Part shown: piece by piece, positions 13,192 through 23,437 of the stretch
Layout: each line of letters starts with the position of its first letter
Numbering within the stretch: position 1 is the first letter of the stretch
Assembly: GCF_023055435.1 (NCBI RefSeq)
Contig: NW_025963780.1
Location: 21,452,001-21,516,000, forward strand
Reading direction: 5' to 3'
From: Haliotis rufescens
Taxonomy: Eukaryota
Length of the DNA stretch: 64,000 nucleotides
Notes under the pieces: model-generated
The model's database searches: none
Seen by the model: only the letters and a program-made list of their open reading frames with translations
Told to the model about the DNA's origin: nothing
Program-made: the position numbers and the translations under genes

Positions 13192-15075
13192 GTAAGGCCC
13201 GATGGGAGAGAAGTGAGGGAAAGTAAGACACAAGGGGAGAGCTGCAAGGAGAAGTAAGGCCCGATGGGCGGGAAGTGAGGGAAAGTAAGACACAAGGGGA
13301 GAGCGGCAAGGAGAAGTAAGGCCCGATGGGCGAGAAGTGAGGGAAAGTAAGACACAAGGGGAGAGCGGCAAGGAGAAGTAAGGCCCGATGAGAGAGAAGT
13401 GAGGGAAAGTAAGACACAAGGGGAGTACGGCAAGGAGAAGTAAGGCCCGATGGGCGAGAAGTGAGGGAAAGTAAGACACAAGGGGAGAGCGGCAAGGAGA
13501 AGTAAGGCCCGATGAGAGAGAAGTGAGGGAAAGTAAGACACAAGGGGAGAGCGGCAAGGAGAAGTAAGGCCCGATGGGCCAGAAGTGAGGGAAAGTAAGA
13601 CACAAGGGGAGAGCGGCAAGGAGAAGTAAGGCCCGATGGGCGAGAAGTGAGGGAAAGTAAGACACAAGGGGAGAGCGGCAAGGAGAAGTAAGGCCCGATG
13701 GGCGAGAAGTGAGGGAAAGTAAGACACAAGGGTAGAGCGGCAAGGAGAAGTAAGGCCCGATCGGAGAGAAGTGAGGGAAAGTAAGACACAAGGGGAGTAC
13801 GGCAAGGAGAAGTAAGGCCCGATGGGCGAGAAGTGAGGGAAAGTAAGACACAAGGGGAGAGCGGCAAGGAGAAGTAAGGCCCGATGGGAGAGAAGTGAGG
13901 GAAAGTAAGACACAAGGGGAGAGCTGCAAGGAGAAGTAAGGCCCGATGGGCGGGAAGTGAGGGAAAGTAAGACACAAGGGGAGAGCGGCAAGGAGAAGTA
14001 AGGCCCGATGGGCGAGAAGTGAGGGAAAGTAAGACACAAGGGGAGAGCGGCAAGGAGAAGTAAGGCCCGATGAGAGAGAAGTGAGGGAAAGTAAGACACA
14101 AGGGGAGTACGGCAAGGAGAAGTAAGGCCCGATGGGCGAGAAGTGAGGGAAAGTAAGACACAAGGGGAGAGCGGCAAGGAGAAGTAAGGCCCGATGAGAG
14201 AGAAGTGAGGGAAAGTAAGACACAAGGGGAGAGCGGCAAGGAGAAGTAAGGCCCGATGGGCCAGAAGTGAGGGAAAGTAAGACACAAGGGGAGAGCGGCA
14301 AGGAGAAGTAAGGCCCGATGGGCGAGAAGTGAGGGAAAGTAAGACACAAGGGGAGAGCGGCAAGGAGAAGTAAGGCCCGATGGGCGAGAAGTGAGGGAAA
14401 GTAAGACACAAGGGTAGAGCGGCAAGGAGAAGTAAGGCCCGATCGGAGAGAAGTGAGGGAAAGTAAGACACAAGGGGAGTACGGCAAGGAGAAGTAAGGC
14501 CCGATGGGCGAGAAGTGAGGGAAAGTAAGACACAAGGGGAGAGCGGCAAGGAGAAGTAAGGCCCGATGGGCGAGAAGTGAGGGAAAGTAAGACACAAGGG
14601 GAGAGCGGCAAGGAGAAGTAAGGCCCGATGGGCGAGAAGTGAGGGAAAGTAAGACACAAGGGGAGAGCGGCAAGGAGAAGTAAGGCCCGATGGGCGAGAA
14701 GTGAGGGAAAGTAAGACACAAGGGGAGAGCGGCAAGGAGAAGTAAGGCCCGATGGGCGAGAAGTGAGGGAAAGTAAGACACAAGGGGAGAGCGGCAAGGA
14801 GAAGTAAGGCCCGATGGGAGAGAATTGAGGGAAAGTCAGACACAAGGGGAGAGCGGCAAGGAGAAGTAAGGCCCGATGAAAGGGAAGTGAGGGAAAGTAA
14901 GACACAAGGGGAGAGCGGCAAGGAGAAGTGAGGGAAAGTAAGACACAAGGGGATAGCGGCAAGGAGAAGTAAGCCCCGATGGGTGAGAAGTGAGGGAAAG
15001 TAAGACACAAGGGGAGAGTGGCAAGGAGAAGTAAGGAAAAGTAAAACACATGGGGAGAGCGGCAAGGAGAAGTAA
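13192..15075. repeat. 62-bp purine-rich satellite (dimer of related 31-mers) with a 682-bp higher-order repeat
   Basis: Unit gtaaggcccgatgggcgagaagtgagggaaagtaagacacaaggggagagcggcaaggagaa; diagnostic variants recur at +682 (gctgc at 13241 and 13923). Confidence 0.97.
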
Positions 15076-16057
15076 TGTAGGCGTGACATTTTGAGGGTAT
15101 TTTAATGTCATAATTCGGTTCCTTTGTATATATCTATTTTACAATGATTGGATGTAACATGGTGTTTTATATTTTATGGTTTAAAGGTAAAATAAGAATA
15201 AAAATAATGTATAAGTCATAAAAAGGTTGTTAAAAATATTGATGGTTGGTGGCAGTATTCTAATGTTTGTGGTTTTAAGTGAATGTCAATTAGATTGACA
15301 TTTGGTTTTGTTTATCTCTTAGTTCCTATGAATTTCATTTATCTGAATGGTTATGACATCAGAGTTATGTAAAGTATAATGCTGGATCAAGGGTATTGCC
15401 TCATTTTGGATCCAGGATGAAAGTTGTTTATCACCTGACCCTAATTCTTAACTTCTCATCTGTGAATTTAAAAAACTAAGAAAGTCTTCTTTGCACCAAT
15501 CTAACCAACTCACAATCACAGCACCGCACAGGCAACAGCAAGGTGGCAGTAGGATTTAACAGGTCAGTTAAATACTTAAACACTAAATTATGTTTAGATT
15601 TATTATGTCTTTTACATGTTCATTTAGTATGTTGTTTCATAGAAATTAATGTCATTTTGTATCTTGTTAAAAATGATAAGGTTAAAAAAAGGTATTTAAG
15701 TATCTAAAGTATCTGATGTTAGGTATATGTGTAAATATTGTTTTAATTTTGAGTATGTGGGCAAAATGTTGTATTTGGCGGGAAATTGTCTCCCTTGGCA
15801 TGACAACATGTGTCATCACTAATGGATAAACTTGTAACAATTTACAATGTGTTATGAGATCAATATATTCTTTATATAAGCTACTTGTGATATGTATGTA
15901 TAACTGATATAATGTATGGCCGTTTCTATTCTGTTGTAATTGTTTCAGGGCCAAATTTTCCATTTCTCCATTTCGTCATTTCTACGTTTATTCATCTGAA
16001 TAAAACCGATCACAACCCCACAGCGAGTCATGTCTTGGCGTCTAACCAGCTGTAACA
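15076..16057 (+). repeat. Gypsy 5' LTR (982 bp)
   Basis: Starts TGTAGG and ends TAACA; matches 27999-28648 plus 12840-13191. Confidence 0.93.
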
Positions 16058-16059
16058 TT

Positions 16060-16077
16060 TGGAGCCCCCAGTGAGGA
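16060..16077 (+). promoter_or_regulatory. Primer-binding site, probably tRNA-Thr
   Basis: TGGAGCCCCCAGTGAGGA lies 2 nt after the LTR; TGG pairs with tRNA CCA; from memory it resembles the complement of tRNA-Thr(TGT) 3' ends. Confidence 0.75.
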
Positions 16078-17333
16078 ATTATTCAGATAGGATCTTCACT
16101 TGATGGTGACTTGAAGTTGATCTGATGTTGACCGGAAGTTGATCTGATGTTGACCGGATGTTGATCTGATGGTGACCGGAAGTTGACTTGTTTACATCCT
16201 GTTATCTGCCTTGCTGTGAGTTACATGTCTTTGCCTTGTGACATCTATTTTGCCTGTTTTAATTAGCTGCTGTGATAATGCTTCTTTGCTGAACTCACCA
16301 TGAACACTGGATCTATAGATTGTTTATACAATCATGTGAACATTTTACAGCATTGAACTTTTAATGTACAGCAGGGATCCAGTGAACATTACAGATTGAC
16401 ATGGTGTATTGGACATTTACTGAATCTGTGATATTTTATATTGTCTGACTTTTATATATACTTACGTGTATCTGAACACTGTGATATTTGTGTATATACG
16501 GGTTGCGAAACAAAAATGAATTTAGTAGTTGCCCGGATTGACCTCTTATTGCCCATTTTATAGGCTCATTTTTTGCCTTTGTTATGTGTGGTATGCATAT
16601 GGTTACATTGTGACATGTGTGATTGAATGATGAATTTGGTCACTAGTACATTGTATGTAGTCCCTGTGTTGTGTTAGGTCTTAGTCAGTTATTTAGTTAC
16701 AGATAGGTACACTTTAATTACCCTTTAATTAGTATATCAAAACAAACTTGGTTTTATATTAACTAAATTACCTAAATAGTACTTAGTCAATTTAATTATT
16801 TATTCAATCTCAACTAGGTAATAATACAGTTTATGTTCAGACTACCTCAGATGAAAAGATTAACAAACAATGATGTTTTGTGGGATATAATGGGCAGAGT
16901 GTGGATGATGCAGTCGGGGGCGATAAGCAAGGTCCTACCGCGGACTAGAAATCGCATACAGACCCTATCGCGGGTCAAGTTGTCCCTCCACCGTGCTTGG
17001 CAGACAGGACCCACAGCAAAGATACTGTCACTCCCCCCGCGGAAACAGCGGGCAGAAGAATTTGGGCTCCCGCTGTAATTAGCAGGCAACCAGAGTATCA
17101 TACACCCACCAGCATGGTGTTAAACCAAATCCCCCGACTGCACCATGCCAAACAGCGGGGTGCAAAATGTATAAATACACTATGCACACCGCTGACATCC
17201 ACACATTATATTAAATTTGGATTAAATTATGATGTGGAAGGGAGATGGGGAGTGGATAAGGGACTGGGAAGGAAAAGAAAATTATGCGCCTCCCCCCAAA
17301 GTGAAGTTATACATACTTACCCGAACGGTACCT

Positions 17334-17866
17334 TTACTCATCACTAAACAATGTCCTGCGTACATTTGATTTAAAATGGGCCATGCCCGACCGGTTTAAA
17401 TGAACTCCCCGAGGAGTATAAAATGGAGCATCATGTTTGATCTGAGGGTGGGTATACCTTAGACCCCCCTCTTCCCTGATCACTCCCGCAATCCGCCTAT
17501 TAAGCGATTTTCTTTTCAGTTCAATCCTTTTAACATGGCTGGCTCCTCGCCAGGTTTGTCGAGGCAACATGTCAGACCATACCAATTTGGTATTCGGGAG
17601 TTTAAGCTGAGCGTATGTTATGTCCAGATACATGTTGTCGTAAAGTTCCTTTGTCCCCTTTGTACACAGATCGTTTGATCCAAGGTGGATAACCAGAAAC
17701 TTCGGCTGGGGATGGCGGGCAACAAGTGTATCCACTGCCTTGCGGAATTCCCCCCACTTCATTCCGCCCTTTGCATGCCAGCGGGTACCCGTCAGTAGGG
17801 AGTCCGATGTAGTGGCCAGATGGTCGTGGAATCGGACCATATAACTGGACCCGATACACCATACAT
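17334..17866 (-). CDS. SGNH/GDSL-like hydrolase of Ngaro copy 1 (probably a spliced exon)
   Basis: Blocks VWCIGSS, KGG, HLGSND and RGVHL; the catalytic GSS lies upstream of the first in-frame Met (17840), directly after a tttcag acceptor. Confidence 0.8.
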
Positions 17867-17972
17867 CTGAAACTTAAAACACACTAGCAGCATCTTTGTT
17901 ATAATAACATCTGCTTTAAACTTACCTATTAATTTATTGATGGTATTTATTGATGGTATTTATTGATGGTAT

Positions 17973-18007
<35 letters not shown>

Positions 18008-18120
18008 TTCTGTATATTATTAGAGTTAGTGAAAAAGTGCGTATTATCCCGTTACCCCCGTGGAAACGCAACAGGCAGGAACGGGTGGTGAGTCTGTGTT
18101 TGTTTCTGCTAGGTATACTG

Positions 18121-19050
18121 CTAAGTGGTGAGTTGAGTAATGCGGATATATTTGCTGTAACAGTTTGATTTCCAACGCCCATATTCCTGAATCTGCTTGG
18201 AACTAACCCGATTAATTGCTGCTGTGGTAGCCGCTCCAATGCGAAAAGAGTGTGACGAAAACAAATGAAGATTGAGGTGTGGTAAGGAAAATGACAGGGC
18301 CTTTCTTTACATTGACTGAAATTGGAATCTAGTTAAAGGACGTCCATCAAAATGGACGAACATATGACCGTGCACTGGTGGTCTGATGGAAAGAAACTGT
18401 TGCATTGCTCTGACAGGACACAGTCTAGAGTGAGGGATAGCTGTTATTTTTATTTGCACACCTCTGCCGCCCTGATCCGTTTTGGATGAGCGTAAACATA
18501 TCGTTATGTGACTTATATCTGCTGCCACATGAATATCAGACAAAAGACACGCCCTATGCGAGAAATCCTTGCCTGACCCTGCCACCAGCTCACTGATTCT
18601 AAAAAATCCAAAAAATGCAAGCAGGTATGCAGCTGTGAAAAGAGACGTTTCGTAAGTTGAAGCACAAACTACCGGTAATGCTGTCACAATAACAGACAAT
18701 AAGTCAACTGTAATTGGGAGTCGAGTGTCAGCCTTCTGTTTCTGTCTGACAAATCCAATCAAGGCTTTCTGAATAAGAAAATGGGATGTTAGGTCATGCA
18801 TACCATGTACCTTTTGCCATGTTGTTAATGCTGATATATACGACTTTGCCGTGCGAGGAGATTTTCCTGTTAAGGAGAGATGAGCGATAAAATGCATAAG
18901 GTGATCAACCGGGGCGGGCCAAATGTGTGGCAGGCTGAAAGAGATGCGGAAAACATTAAATGCCTTTTGTGCAGACTCATACAGGTTCCATGTGTTGAGT
19001 GCTAGAGAAGACTGCACTAGACGTTGCACCTCTGTCGTCAGATCTGCCAT
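18121..19050 (-). CDS. Tyrosine recombinase of Ngaro copy 1, one in-frame stop (18307-18309)
   Basis: FFGFFRISEL and SKTDQ, then past the TAA in the same frame [14 protein letters not shown] and KYIR (R-K-H-R-W-Y catalytic set). Confidence 0.9.
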
Positions 19051-20960
19051 ATGTCCTGTGGTATGTGTGCTGGTATCTCGTCTGCCCGCGGTGCTGCTTC
19101 TTTGAACCTGGACCACTGAAATCTCGAAAGTGCATCAGCTATAACGTTTGCATGCGTAGGAATATACGATGCTTTGAACAAGATATTATGTTGTAAACAG
19201 AGGAGTATCAGGCGCCTAAGCAACGACATAACTCGTGGTGGTTTAGCTGTTTGTTTATTGATAATTGCTACCACTGCTTGGTTGTCACAAACAAACAACA
19301 CTCGCTTGTTTCGTAGATGTCTACCCCACAGTCTTACTGCCAGTACAATTGGAAAAAGCTCTAGCATAGTGATGTCCTTAGTCCATCCATTCTGCACCCA
19401 CTCGTTAGGCCATCTGCCATTGGCCCATCTACCCATGAAAAAGGCTCCGAAACCATGGTTACCTGACGCGTCGGTAAACAAATGTGTATCCGATGAATTG
19501 ATCCACTCTGAATCTATAAATGCAGTAGTGCCATTGTGGTTTTGAAGAAATTGCCGCCATAAATTGAGGTCCTCGCGTATGCCTTGTGTTATCCTTATTC
19601 TGTGGTGAGGTTTTGACCCTCCGCGCTGTGCGTCAATGAGGCGTCTTAAAAAGGCGCGACCAATCGGAATTGCCCTACATACAAAGTTAAGTTTCCCCAC
19701 CAAGGACTGCAAGTAGTGTAATGTTGTTTTCTTCTTAAAAGGTGATAAAAGAGTATCTATTTCCTGAGTAAGCGGCACTACCTTATCCATCGGTATGCTA
19801 ATTTGCGCTTTGACTGTGTCTATTGTGATACCCAGGAACGTCATGTTTGTTGTAGGTATAACCGTTTTGTCCTTTGCGACGGGAACACCCATGTTTTGTA
19901 ATAACTCCAGGGAGGACTCGAGAGTTTGTTGACACTTATTAGAGGCTAGTGCTGCCAATGCAAAATCATCCAAATAGTGTTGTATGTTATCATTTTTGGT
20001 GTATTTCCTGAGTACCCACTGCAAAAATGTGCTAAATTTTTCAAATGTTGCACATGATATGGAACAGCCAAATGGAAGACATTTGTCAAAGTAGATATTA
20101 TGTTTGAATTGTATTCCCAGAAATTTAAAGTCATCTGGTCGTATAGGTATGAGGCGAAATGCAGACTTAATATCAAATTTTGCCATGTATGCACCCTTGC
20201 CTAATCCTTGTATCGCGGATAGCACCTGGTCAAAGCTAGTGCACTTGACTGTTGACACCTCGTGAGATATGTAGTCGTTTACAGACTCTCCCTCAGGGTA
20301 TGACAGATGGTGAATAAGTCTGAACGTTTGCTGAACTTGTTGATTATTGTGATTTGACTTCTTCGGAACGAGACCGATTGGAGAAACTATCATATCTTGA
20401 AATGGTGGTGCTGTAAATGGACCTGCAATTCTACCTAGATCAACTTCTTTTTGTAGCATTGTTGCCACCATGTTTGGATGTTGTTGGGCGGATTTTAAAT
20501 TGTAAGCCATTCTAGGACCCGGTGGACCCGTGTACTGTAGTGGAAAACCTTGAGAAAAACCTTCCGATAAAAACATAGCATCTGATGCGTAGAAGGGGGT
20601 GTAAATACTGAGCCAATGTGACAATACACGCATACTAATGGGTGTTGGTGCTAGGCCTTGAGTTGGTATTGTTTGCGTTGGGTTTTGTTTGAGTACGGGG
20701 GGTTGTAACGCCCCCTTTTTGACGAAAGCATGTGTGTGCGTCGTGTGCAGTGCTGTCACATGTGATGCATTTGTGTGCATATCGGCAGAAAGACCTTGTA
20801 CATCCGAATTTGTTAAAATCCCAGCAAAACTTTGGGATGCTACCTGTATTTTCGCTACCCGCGTTGAGATTGCTGCGGTTGGTGGTAGTGGTGTTGTTTG
20901 TGACGCGCGCGTGTGCCGCTTGTTGATTTGGAAGCATATGTTGTAACCATAAATGGCCAT
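19038..20960 (-). CDS. Reverse transcriptase-RNase H of Ngaro copy 1 (intact ORF; true start uncertain)
   Basis: [35 protein letters not shown]; RNase H FTDASG, LELFPI, CDNQAVV, ADALSR. Confidence 0.95.
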   Translation of the reverse strand: MAIYGYNICFQINKRHTRASQTTPLPPTAAISTRVAKIQVASQSFAGILTNSDVQGLSADMHTNASHVTALHTTHTHAFVKKGALQPPVLKQNPTQTIPTQGLAPTPISMRVLSHWLSIYTPFYASDAMFLSEGFSQGFPLQYTGPPGPRMAYNLKSAQQHPNMVATMLQKEVDLGRIAGPFTAPPFQDMIVSPIGLVPKKSNHNNQQVQQTFRLIHHLSYPEGESVNDYISHEVSTVKCTSFDQVLSAIQGLGKGAYMAKFDIKSAFRLIPIRPDDFKFLGIQFKHNIYFDKCLPFGCSISCATFEKFSTFLQWVLRKYTKNDNIQHYLDDFALAALASNKCQQTLESSLELLQNMGVPVAKDKTVIPTTNMTFLGITIDTVKAQISIPMDKVVPLTQEIDTLLSPFKKKTTLHYLQSLVGKLNFVCRAIPIGRAFLRRLIDAQRGGSKPHHRIRITQGIREDLNLWRQFLQNHNGTTAFIDSEWINSSDTHLFTDASGNHGFGAFFMGRWANGRWPNEWVQNGWTKDITMLELFPIVLAVRLWGRHLRNKRVLFVCDNQAVVAIINKQTAKPPRVMSLLRRLILLCLQHNILFKASYIPTHANVIADALSRFQWSRFKEAAPRADEIPAHIPQDIWQI

Positions 20961-21744
20961 CTATTGCCCACCAGGAGCGAGACGGGTCGCGCTGCATCCT
21001 TTGTCTGAAACTACGGTCATATTGCAACCATGAATCTCCGCCGAACCTAATAGCAGCTCCCCTGATTGTTTCGATGTAGGTAAGCAGATCCTGTATCTTA
21101 TCCGGGTGTTTTTCTATGTATACACTCATGTAGACGTTAAACGCCGATGTCCATGCGCCAATGCCTAATGGACGCGTTTGTTGTTGTTTGGGTTTAAAAA
21201 TAATCTGACCTGTGGCGTCGAGTGCCAATGTAAATGCCGACATCTCTTGGGGTGTCTGATTTTGGGCTGCTATGAGTTGTTTTAGCTCAATGAATTCGCC
21301 GTTGTGTATTTTTTCCCGTAGTTGTTGGGAAACATGTGATCCGATGTGTTCCGCTCTGACGTTTAACTGTAGACAGGGTGTATTCGTCGCGGGTATGCCA
21401 AACATGGTTGGATCGTTTAAATTCATAGTTGCGAAAGGATTGAGTGTTTGTGTTTGTTGTTGGGACGGATGCGTGTTATGTGCGTTTTCGCGTGCTAATG
21501 TACTAATGTTTATGTGCCCTTCATTGTTTGAAGACCTATCCCCAGTCGGCATCTGCGTGTCCCCGTTTGTGAGCGTGCTGTTTGCAAGCATTGCCGTATT
21601 TGTAGGAAGCACTGTGGTAGCCGAGTTTGCATTATGCAAAATATTGCTCGAATTAATACAAGAGGTGAAATGCAAACCGCCGGACGCGTTGTGTTGTGTT
21701 GTTAGAATGACTTGACAGTTGGGGAGTAAAAGTAGTGACGTCAC
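20635..21744 (-). CDS. Gag-like ORF1 of Ngaro copy 1 (5' end possibly deleted)
   Basis: KIHNGEFIELKQL, WTSAFNVY, WLQYDRSFR, and a C-terminal Cys/His cluster CWDFNKFGC..C..HKC..C..H....C; homologous to 52219-53307. Confidence 0.85.
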   Translation of the reverse strand: MTSLLLLPNCQVILTTQHNASGGLHFTSCINSSNILHNANSATTVLPTNTAMLANSTLTNGDTQMPTGDRSSNNEGHINISTLARENAHNTHPSQQQTQTLNPFATMNLNDPTMFGIPATNTPCLQLNVRAEHIGSHVSQQLREKIHNGEFIELKQLIAAQNQTPQEMSAFTLALDATGQIIFKPKQQQTRPLGIGAWTSAFNVYMSVYIEKHPDKIQDLLTYIETIRGAAIRFGGDSWLQYDRSFRQRMQRDPSRSWWAIDGHLWLQHMLPNQQAAHARVTNNTTTTNRSNLNAGSENTGSIPKFCWDFNKFGCTRSFCRYAHKCITCDSTAHDAHTCFRQKGGVTTPRTQTKPNANNTNSRPSTNTH

Positions 21745-22199
21745 GAGACCACGTGTAGTGACGTCATGGGAGAAATGACGTATGTTGCCATGGGGAGTAT
21801 TTTTGCGGGTCTTGTGAGAGGAGAATGTTTGTAAACAAATGGTGGAAAATGATAAATGGGAATAGTTACTAGTATTGGTTATGCGGAGCTGACCATAAAC
21901 CGATTTAGCTAAATAATGCTAAATCATATTAGTTTCAAGGCACCCAATATTATACTTGTTGTTGCCCGTGTACTCTTCTTGTTTAGGCACTCATCACTCA
22001 ACTAACCCTTTAGTTGGTACAGTACCTCTACTAAGTTTTAAGTTAACTCCCCTGCAGCATTTGTTCTGCTTTGTAGACGGCTTTTAGTGGTGTTTGGATT
22101 AGTGTACTGGTACTTAGTTTTGTAGTTGGGCAGTTAGGTCTATAAGCCAAGGAGGGATTTGCAGGTATCAAAGAGGAGGAGCAACCAGGGTCTGATATC

Positions 22200-23430
22200 A
22201 TGCCAGCCTTAGAGTCAGATGTAGGCGATCTTAGTCTCACTGGACTTAGTGATACTTTGAAGCAGATGGGTGTAGTACCTGTGGAAGATAGCCCTGAGCA
22301 TTTTCAGGATTGGATGGTTTCCTATTTGCAGTCGGTAGGGTAGTTGCCCGGTGGTATCTTGGCTGATTCTGAAGGTACATGGGGTAACAAAGGCTCTGTG
22401 GTTACTCAGGCTTTTCAATCAGATGCTAAACCATTAGAGAGTAAAGGTCCTCAGTTTACTCCTGTTACTCAGACAGACCTTAATAAAACTGTAGTCACCT
22501 TAAGTCAGACTCCTAAGTTGTCATCTTTCTTTGGTGAAGCTAGTAAGGGTGAGGCTTCTTATGATTTATGGCGCTATGAGGTAGAGTGTCTCTTGGCTGA
22601 GAGTGCTTATCCTAAGCATGTCATATTTGAGGCTGTTAGGCGCTCTCTGAAGGGTAAAGCTGGTAAAGCTGCTTCACTTTTAGGTCCGCAGTCTACCCTT
22701 GATTCCGTGTTAGCTAAACTTACAAGTGTTTATGGCAGCTGTGAGGAAAGTGAATCCCTGATTGCAAGGTTTTATAGTGCCAAACAGACGGCAGAAGAAG
22801 ATGTTTCTTCTTGGGGTTGCAGACTTGAAGATCTATATGCTAAGGCTAGACAGAGTAGTAAGTCATCACCTAGTGAGACTAACCAAGCCCTCAGGAGTGT
22901 TTTCTGGCAATGTCTTAAACCAAATTTGAAGGATGTATCTGGCCACAAGTACGATGCTATTGAGGACTTTGATAAGTTGCGTGTAGCGATTAGAAGGATT
23001 GAATTTGAGTTGAATCAGAGGAAGCCCCTAGAGTCTTCAAAGAAGCCAATTCCCTCTAAAATGGCTGCTAAATCTGACAGTGATTACCAGGAATTGAAGG
23101 GTATGGTTCAACAATTAACAGCAGAGTTTGGTGCCATTAAAAGGCAATTAGCTGACATTCCCACTCTCACTCCCACTCCCACGCCATCTCCTTCAGGATC
23201 TAGAGGAAGAGGCCGATCTGATCGTGGCTCATTTTCTATTCGTGGCAGATCTAATATGTCGCATTGGAACAATAATGGACGGGGTCAGTTCAGCGCTAGA
23301 GGTCATCCTACATATGGTCCTTCACACTTACCTTATCAGGGAGCTGTTCCTCCAGATGGTAGGCAGGGTATTGTCTGTTAGAAATGTGGACAGATAGGTC
23401 ATTTGTGGCGTGGATGTAGGGTTATCATGG
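22200..23430 (+). pseudogene. Gypsy gag (PNMA-like capsid plus CCHC knuckle), with nonsense mutations
   Basis: ATG 22200 is in frame with ORF 22344-23381, with a stop at 22341; the zinc knuckle C*KCGQIGHLWRGC is interrupted by TAG at 23379. Confidence 0.85.
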
Positions 23431-23437
23431 ACAACAA

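Larger units (their letters stand above)
16831..21883 (-). mobile_element. Ngaro-type tyrosine-recombinase (DIRS order) retrotransposon, copy 1, nested in the Gypsy 5' UTR
   Basis: Overlapping gag, RT-RNaseH and YR ORFs followed by an SGNH ORF; candidate boundaries marked by TTATG at 16831-16835 and 21879-21883; the split-repeat set is incomplete. Confidence 0.9.

Noticed and set aside
13079-15111. Three overlapping 539-656-aa minus-strand ORFs
   Set aside because: A 62-bp unit with no stop on the pyrimidine strand cycles through all three frames. This is a satellite artefact with no domain content.
21272-21715. Antisense ORFs over TE and host coding regions (also 27584-28012 and 43737-44156)
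   Set aside because: Shadow ORFs of real coding frames with no recognisable motifs.
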